64,000 bases of DNA from Selaginella moellendorffii (taxonomy: Eukaryota > Plantae > Lycopodiophyta), in the NCBI RefSeq assembly GCF_000143415.4, contig NW_003314275.1:2523419-2587418 (forward strand), read 5' to 3'. The translations under genes were made by a program, and so were the position numbers. The first letter of the stretch is position 1. Every line of letters starts with the position of its first letter. The notes beneath the pieces were generated by a model. The model searched no databases and was not told the DNA's origin. It saw only the letters and a program-made list of their open reading frames with translations. Positions 58,579 through 64,000 of the stretch are shown here, in pieces.

Positions 58579-59166
58579 ATGGGGAATGCTTGCAGGATAT
58601 CGTCGATAGACTACTCCAGCGACGACGAGAGCGGCGGTGGCGGTGGCACGAGCCGGTGGATCATCATCCTCCAGGCCAAGGGCGACGTGATGAAGCTGGA
58701 TCCCCGCGGCGCCAAGATCAAAGCCGGCGATGTCATGCTCCAGCACCCCCACCATTTCCTCTGCCTCGCCAGCACCATCCTCGTGCGCCGCAAGAGCAAG
58801 ATGATCCCGGCCAAGGCGACGCTCCAGCCAGGCAAGATCTATCTCCTCCTCCCCTTGCCAGATCCGGAAGGCCAAGAACACGACCAGGAGGAGCGCGAGG
58901 GGCCCAAGAATCTGGACGAGCCGCTACTCCCCACGAGAAACAAGGCCGAGGGCACCACCAAGTTCATCATCTCCAAGCACTACCTGGACAAGATCTTGAG
59001 CGAGAGCAAGCAGCAGGGCAGCAGTAGCAGGAGGAGCTCCATCCGGCGCAGCGCTCCAATCCCCCAGAGAAGATCCTCCTCCTCCAAGCGGAGATCATGC
59101 GAGTCGAGCGTCCAGCGGAGATCCATCGTGTGGAGCCCGGCACTGGACAGCATTCCCGAGAAGTAG
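58579..59166 (+). CDS. DUF4228 (PADRE-type) protein
   Basis: MGNAC acylation-type start, IKAGDVMLQHPHHF, LQPGKIYLLLP, C-terminal WSPALDSIPE. Confidence 0.88.
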   Translation: MGNACRISSIDYSSDDESGGGGGTSRWIIILQAKGDVMKLDPRGAKIKAGDVMLQHPHHFLCLASTILVRRKSKMIPAKATLQPGKIYLLLPLPDPEGQEHDQEEREGPKNLDEPLLPTRNKAEGTTKFIISKHYLDKILSESKQQGSSSRRSSIRRSAPIPQRRSSSSKRRSCESSVQRRSIVWSPALDSIPEK

Positions 59167-59945
59167 GGAGTGAGTTTTCTCTATTAGCGCGCGCGCGCCC
59201 GGTATTCCTTGTCCGAGGTGTCCGAAGTGGAGTGTCCGAGGTGATAGTCGGTGTCCGAGGTGGTAGACCGAGCATACGTTTCCATCGAGTGGTCGTTTAC
59301 GATGTTTTCTTCGTGTTCTCCTCTTGATCTTTAAAACAAAGATAGCTACGAATTAAGAACAGTTCCATTCCACGCCGCCACGGAACAAATGATAGTCTAA
59401 TCTTTTCTTTGCACCAACCTTTTGGGAAATCTCCCTGTGGTTTTGTTTGACCGGGAAGCGATGCATTGATTCAAAGATTTCACGCCATAAAAACTGGAGC
59501 GACCAGCGCTGCGACAAACTTGGATGAACATGCTATCATGTGGAAGGCGGCACACCAAATCCAGAAAATCCAAGCAGCGTAGTTTATATACGCCGGGACA
59601 AACTCGCCGTTAAAGAGCGCGCACAAGCTATTAAGCCAACCAGTCATAGTTCTTTCGAGACAAAAAATGGGAAGAACAAAGAAAGCCAATAGTTGTGTGC
59701 TTGCTTGCCGTGGATGGATTGGAAACCAATGCGTTCATACGGAGCAAAGATTTATTTCTTCTCAAAGCCATCCTGCCAAAACAAGCAAACGAGAGAAAAC
59801 GCATCAAAACAAAGAAACAAAGATTCGAGACAAAGTGTGCGTGCGAGTACCTCTCTTTGTTGCTTGCCGAGACACAGGCTAGGACGACGAGACGATGCAT
59901 TCCATTTGTTTCTAAGTCCGCGTTGATAGAAAAATTGGTTTCCTG

Positions 59946-62867
59946 CTAGTAGGCCGCGGCTCCATAATTCCCTCGTCCAGATCCCGAGGCTTGGTTTGGA
60001 CAATCTCTGGCCCAGTGACCGCCTTGGCCACACTTGAAACAACTATTTCCCGAGGCACCGCCTCCACCACCGCCGTAAGATCCTGTATTGCCACGACCGC
60101 CACCACTGCCATATCCACCACCACCACCGCTACCATATCCACCACCGCCACCACCACCGCTACCATATCCACCACCGCCACCACCACCGCTACCATATCC
60201 ACCACCACCACCGCCGCCGCCGCTACCATATCCCCCACCGTATCCGCCGGTATAGCCACCTGAGTTGTTGCCCCCGAAACCACCGGCGTTTCCACTGAAT
60301 CCGCCACCTCCTGTGTTACCACCGCCGCTGTTGCCACTGAATCCGCCACCATAGCCACCACTGGTGGTACCACCGCCAGTGTTGGCACTGAATCCGCCAC
60401 CGCCACCATAGCCACTACCAGAGTTGGCACCAAAGCCACTTCTACCACCGCCAGAGTTGCCGACGTAGCCACTGTATCCTCCTCCGCTACTTCCACCACC
60501 GCCAGCATTTCCGCCGTAGCCACCTCCACCAGCGTATCCACTTGCACTCCCGCCATATCCTCCGCCTCCAGTGGTAGCGCGGTACCCAGCGTCCGCTCCA
60601 GACATACCGCTCATCGTTTGCGCCGAGAAGCTCGCCGTGTTGTTGATAGGCTCGCCTCTCCTGAGCTTCCCGATCGCGTCAATCATGTACTTGCTCTCCG
60701 CGACGAAATCCAACTTCTCGGCTCGCTGGATATTTACTTTGACCCGCTGCTCGTCGTTGAAACTTTCTTCCTTGATCCTGACCTTGAAATGGTGCTGGGT
60801 GAACTGGATGCTGGCAATGTGGTCAAGGAACCGGCCGTTGTCCTCCTGTTTCCACATAAAGAGGTCCTTGGCTTTCACGCCCAAGAGTTCTTCCGCGGCC
60901 TCCTGGAAGCCAGTGAGCCAGGTAGCGCCCGTGTGATCCATCACTTGAATGGAGAGCATATATCTGTAGTCGCACTCGGGGACGGTTCGGTCACACCGCT
61001 CACACCGCCAAGTTCCGTCTCCATTGTTCGTCACCTTTTTGCTGCACTGCCTGTCTCCAATTTGCAGCGGGCATGCTGTGTAGCAGAAGCTGTCCGTCTT
61101 TATAAAGTGGATGGTCGCTCTTATAGTGACGAAGTCTGGCTTCTCCGATCTGCCAAGTCCCTCGTCTTTAATCTGCGACACAGTCTTCCGGTTCTCCGTC
61201 CGACCACCACCGCCCGCTCCTTCCCTGGAAATAGACTGCGCCTGTGCGTGCCTACCCTCGCGTTCAAACCACAACTGCAGGGAACGTGCTTCTGGATGAT
61301 CGGGATTGATTTGGAACCGCGTCGAGGAAATAGTCCCCAGGCTCTTTCCGCTGAAATCGCTTACTCGACCTGCTTTGATTGCCAGTATGGGACTTTGGCC
61401 TGAATCACATAGCTCCTGGAGGTGCTGTCCTTCTTGAGTACAAAAGTTGCCCCACATTGTGATCTCGACGCTCTTGCCAGACCTGTCTCTAAGCTGCAGC
61501 GTCCTCCGTTGTGTCTCTGTACCGTTTTTTCTCATTATAGTCGTTGTTTGGTTGACCCCGACCACCACTCCAATGGCGTCAACCATGGCATTGTTCGGCA
61601 GATTCTCGATCTCACTGACCTGCTTGAAGTCAAACACTTGCTGCGGAACTGACGAGTCCTCAGGACACGGGTCGAGCACTGAGTCCTTCTCGAACATAAT
61701 CTCCCAGTCGTTCTTCAAGTGATTGAACTGCTTCTGTGCCGCTCGGAGGGATCCTTTGGAGACCATATACAACCGACCGACCTGAGCACGCTCGTAAAAC
61801 TCGTCCGCAACGTTGTTGAAGCAAGTAACTCTGATCTCACCACCCTCGGCATCCAGAAGATCGAAGCTAAACACCCTGCCATCACCTCGGGCGTTGTTGA
61901 AGCGACGGAGGTCGCTCTTAGAAGTGATCCTCGCTTTGATCGTCCAGCGGCCGTGATACGGGTTCAAAGCTGCTATAGGAACGAGTCCAGGCGGCCCCTC
62001 GTTCCTTGCAATAGGCCCTCTATTCGTGTAAGTTGGCGGCGGTCCATATGGAGGATTCGGAGCATAAGACCCGATAGACTCTGCCGGTCTTCCACCGTAC
62101 GCAACTGTTTCTCTTCTAGCCTCTGCTGGCCTTCCATAAGGACTCACAGCGGGAGTTGCTTGTCCTCCAAAAGAACCCGGCTCTGCTGGCCTTCCATAAG
62201 GACTCACAGCGGGAGTTGCTTGTCCTCCAAAAGAACCCGGCTCTGGTGTTCTTCCACCGATAGAGCTCCCCTCTGCTGCTCTTCCACCTAGAGAGTTTGT
62301 CTCTGTAGGCCTTCCACCGAAAGAGGTAGCCTCTGCCTGTCTTCCCCCGAAAGAGCTCACTTCCGTTGGCCTTCCACCGAAGGAGCTCACCTCTGCTGGT
62401 CTTCCACCGTAGGAGCTGACAGCGGACGCTGTTTGGTTCCCACTAGGACCAGGAGGATCAACTACCGCTCCAGGAGGTTGATCGCTCATCTCTGCATTTG
62501 AAACAAGAACATCCAAGTTGAGGACAATCACTATCCTGTAAAAAAAGGAAAAGAAGCTCGCACAAGAAGACAAGGATAGAAAAAGAGTAGCTTACTTTCT
62601 ATCTTTCACGGTGTTGCAAATGTACTCTTGAAGCTTCACGATGCTGCTCTTCATCAAGGTTCCATTCTTGACGACCTCGTTGAGCTGCGTGGCGAGCATG
62701 GCCTGCTGCACAGCGGTCCCATCCGACAGCACCAAGCGATAGCGCTCTTGGACGTTCTGATTCGACCCAATCTGCTTCACGTCCAGTACCTGGACGATGG
62801 GCCGGAGCTCCAAGTCCCCTCCCAGGAGCGCCACAATCGCATTGGGGGTGAGAGACGGCTGCGCCAT
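59946..62867 (-). CDS. RPA1: Replication protein A 70-kDa subunit with Gly-rich tail and CCHC knuckle (RPA1C/E-like), 2 exons
   Basis: LTPNAI..ERYRLVLSDG..AMLATQLN; PIAALNPYHGRWTIKAR; Zn finger CYTACP..CSKKV..CERC; CFKCGQGGHWARDC; intron ~62491-62594. Confidence 0.97.
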
Positions 62868-63077
62868 GAGAGGAAAGAATCGCCAAAACCCTAGACGACG
62901 CAAACAATACACCCAAGCCGCGATCGCGGCAGAGCTTACCCGATCAAACAGCCTGGCGATCGAGCCGCCTTCGCGATCGCCACGCGTGAGGCGGTGCCAA
63001 AATATCCAAACCCTAGATTAGCGCGCCAAAAAATAAAGAAGCTCAAACGCAAGAACCCTATATTGGGCGGCAAAAGA
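62868..63077. promoter_or_regulatory. Bidirectional promoter with E2F-like site and telo-boxes
   Basis: GCGCCAAA (TTTGGCGC, E2F consensus TTTSSCGS) at 63023-63030; AAACCCTAG at ~62887 and ~63008; 210 bp between divergent ATGs. Confidence 0.6.
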
Positions 63078-63401
63078 ATGGGGCTGCTTTGGGGGCGCAA
63101 GAAGAATGCTGCGCCGGCTCCAACTCCAGCGCCGCCAGCGCCAGCGCCGGACCCAATTCCAGCCGATCCTCCCGTCTCCGCGGATGTCGACGCAGCGGCT
63201 TCGTCGGCAGTGAGTAGTAGTAGCGATGGCGTTGCTGCAGGATTGCTGGCGGCGGAGACGAGCGTCTTCGAATTTGGGAGCGCAGGAAGAGAGAAAGTGA
63301 CGCTGGCTGGCTACTGCCCGGTGTCCGATGCCCTGGAGCCCTGCCGCTGGAAAATCCTTCCCTCTGGCGATGGAGCGCCCAAGTTCCGGGTTATCTTTTG
63401 A
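63078..63401 (+). CDS. Small conserved plant protein of unknown function
   Basis: MGLLW start, Pro/Ala-rich linker, C-terminal VFEFGS..VTLAGYCPVSDALEPCRWKILP..APKFRVIF resembling a conserved plant family. Confidence 0.75.
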   Translation: MGLLWGRKKNAAPAPTPAPPAPAPDPIPADPPVSADVDAAASSAVSSSSDGVAAGLLAAETSVFEFGSAGREKVTLAGYCPVSDALEPCRWKILPSGDGAPKFRVIF

Positions 63402-63429
63402 TAAACCCTAGCTCGTCTTTTTGCCTTTG

Positions 63430-64000
63430 TTAAGGCACGTGGTTCGAATCTTGTGTGGATTTGATTAAGGGCCAATTACCATCCTTTTTATTTTCCTGCA
63501 ACGTGTCCACGTTAACATCACTATTTAATGTCTTCCGTACGCCTGGGATGTGGGGAATATCCGGTCCAGTCAAAAAAGTGGACGACGTGGTGCCACTTGT
63601 CGCCATCAGATTGATCGAAGGAACTGGAATATCCCCGGAGTTGGGACATGCTACATAGAAGCATATAACAACTATATGGAAGGTGACATCCAATAATCCA
63701 CCACGTCCCATGATGATAATGAATCACATACATGCATAGCATTATATGCCACAAGTGGGGATTTCGCTCCTTAGAGCACCGGTTGAGCCATATTAGTACC
63801 GTAGAACCTTGAAATTCCCTGGTTGAGGCATATATGTATGTGGATGGTTAGTGGCACACATACATTAGTGCGTTTTGTCTCACATCCCCCTGGGCCCTGG
63901 CCGGCGGGGATAACAGCGTAAAGAAGAGAATTTTACCATTGGACGAGGGAGATAACATAACATTAGGCCTTCCTTCCCCACAAGTGGCCCAGTTAGCGTC
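63430..64000 (-). CDS. Possible 3' exons of an unidentified gene running off the window
   Basis: Open frame to the stop at 63430 and several GTATG donor / CAG acceptor sites on the minus strand; no recognisable domain. Confidence 0.3.

Overview
Eukaryotic nuclear DNA from a compact land-plant genome. The very short introns (mostly ~50-80 nt), tight gene packing, Selaginella-style PLS PPR genes and a retained HslU suggest a lycophyte such as Selaginella; this is inference, not a database match. The window has two compartments. Positions 1-~22,000 are AT-rich decayed repeats: a Ty3/Gypsy element with LTRs and PPT, a solo-LTR-like copy, a second Gypsy remnant, an L1-type LINE remnant and an LRR-receptor pseudogene fragment. 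Positions ~22,500-64,000 are gene-dense: a coiled-coil protein, plastid aldolase, a bacterial-type UvrD/PcrA helicase, trehalase, three PLS PPR genes (one with an intact DYW deaminase), initiator tRNA-Met, two shikimate kinase paralogues, an organelle-targeted HslU (ClpY) ATPase, CRD1/CHL27, an intron-rich UDP-glucuronate 4-epimerase, a DUF4228 protein, RPA1 and small conserved proteins. The leading candidates for something new are: (1) nuclear, spliced HslU and PcrA-type genes, i.e. bacterial-type organelle machinery not known in angiosperms; (2) two fold-back hairpins built from Copia RT/RNaseH sequence between HslU and CRD1; (3) a hairpin plus poly-U element inside a trehalase intron; (4) patchy, RIP-like transition hypermutation of the retroelements. 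Exon boundaries were placed by eye and are approximate.
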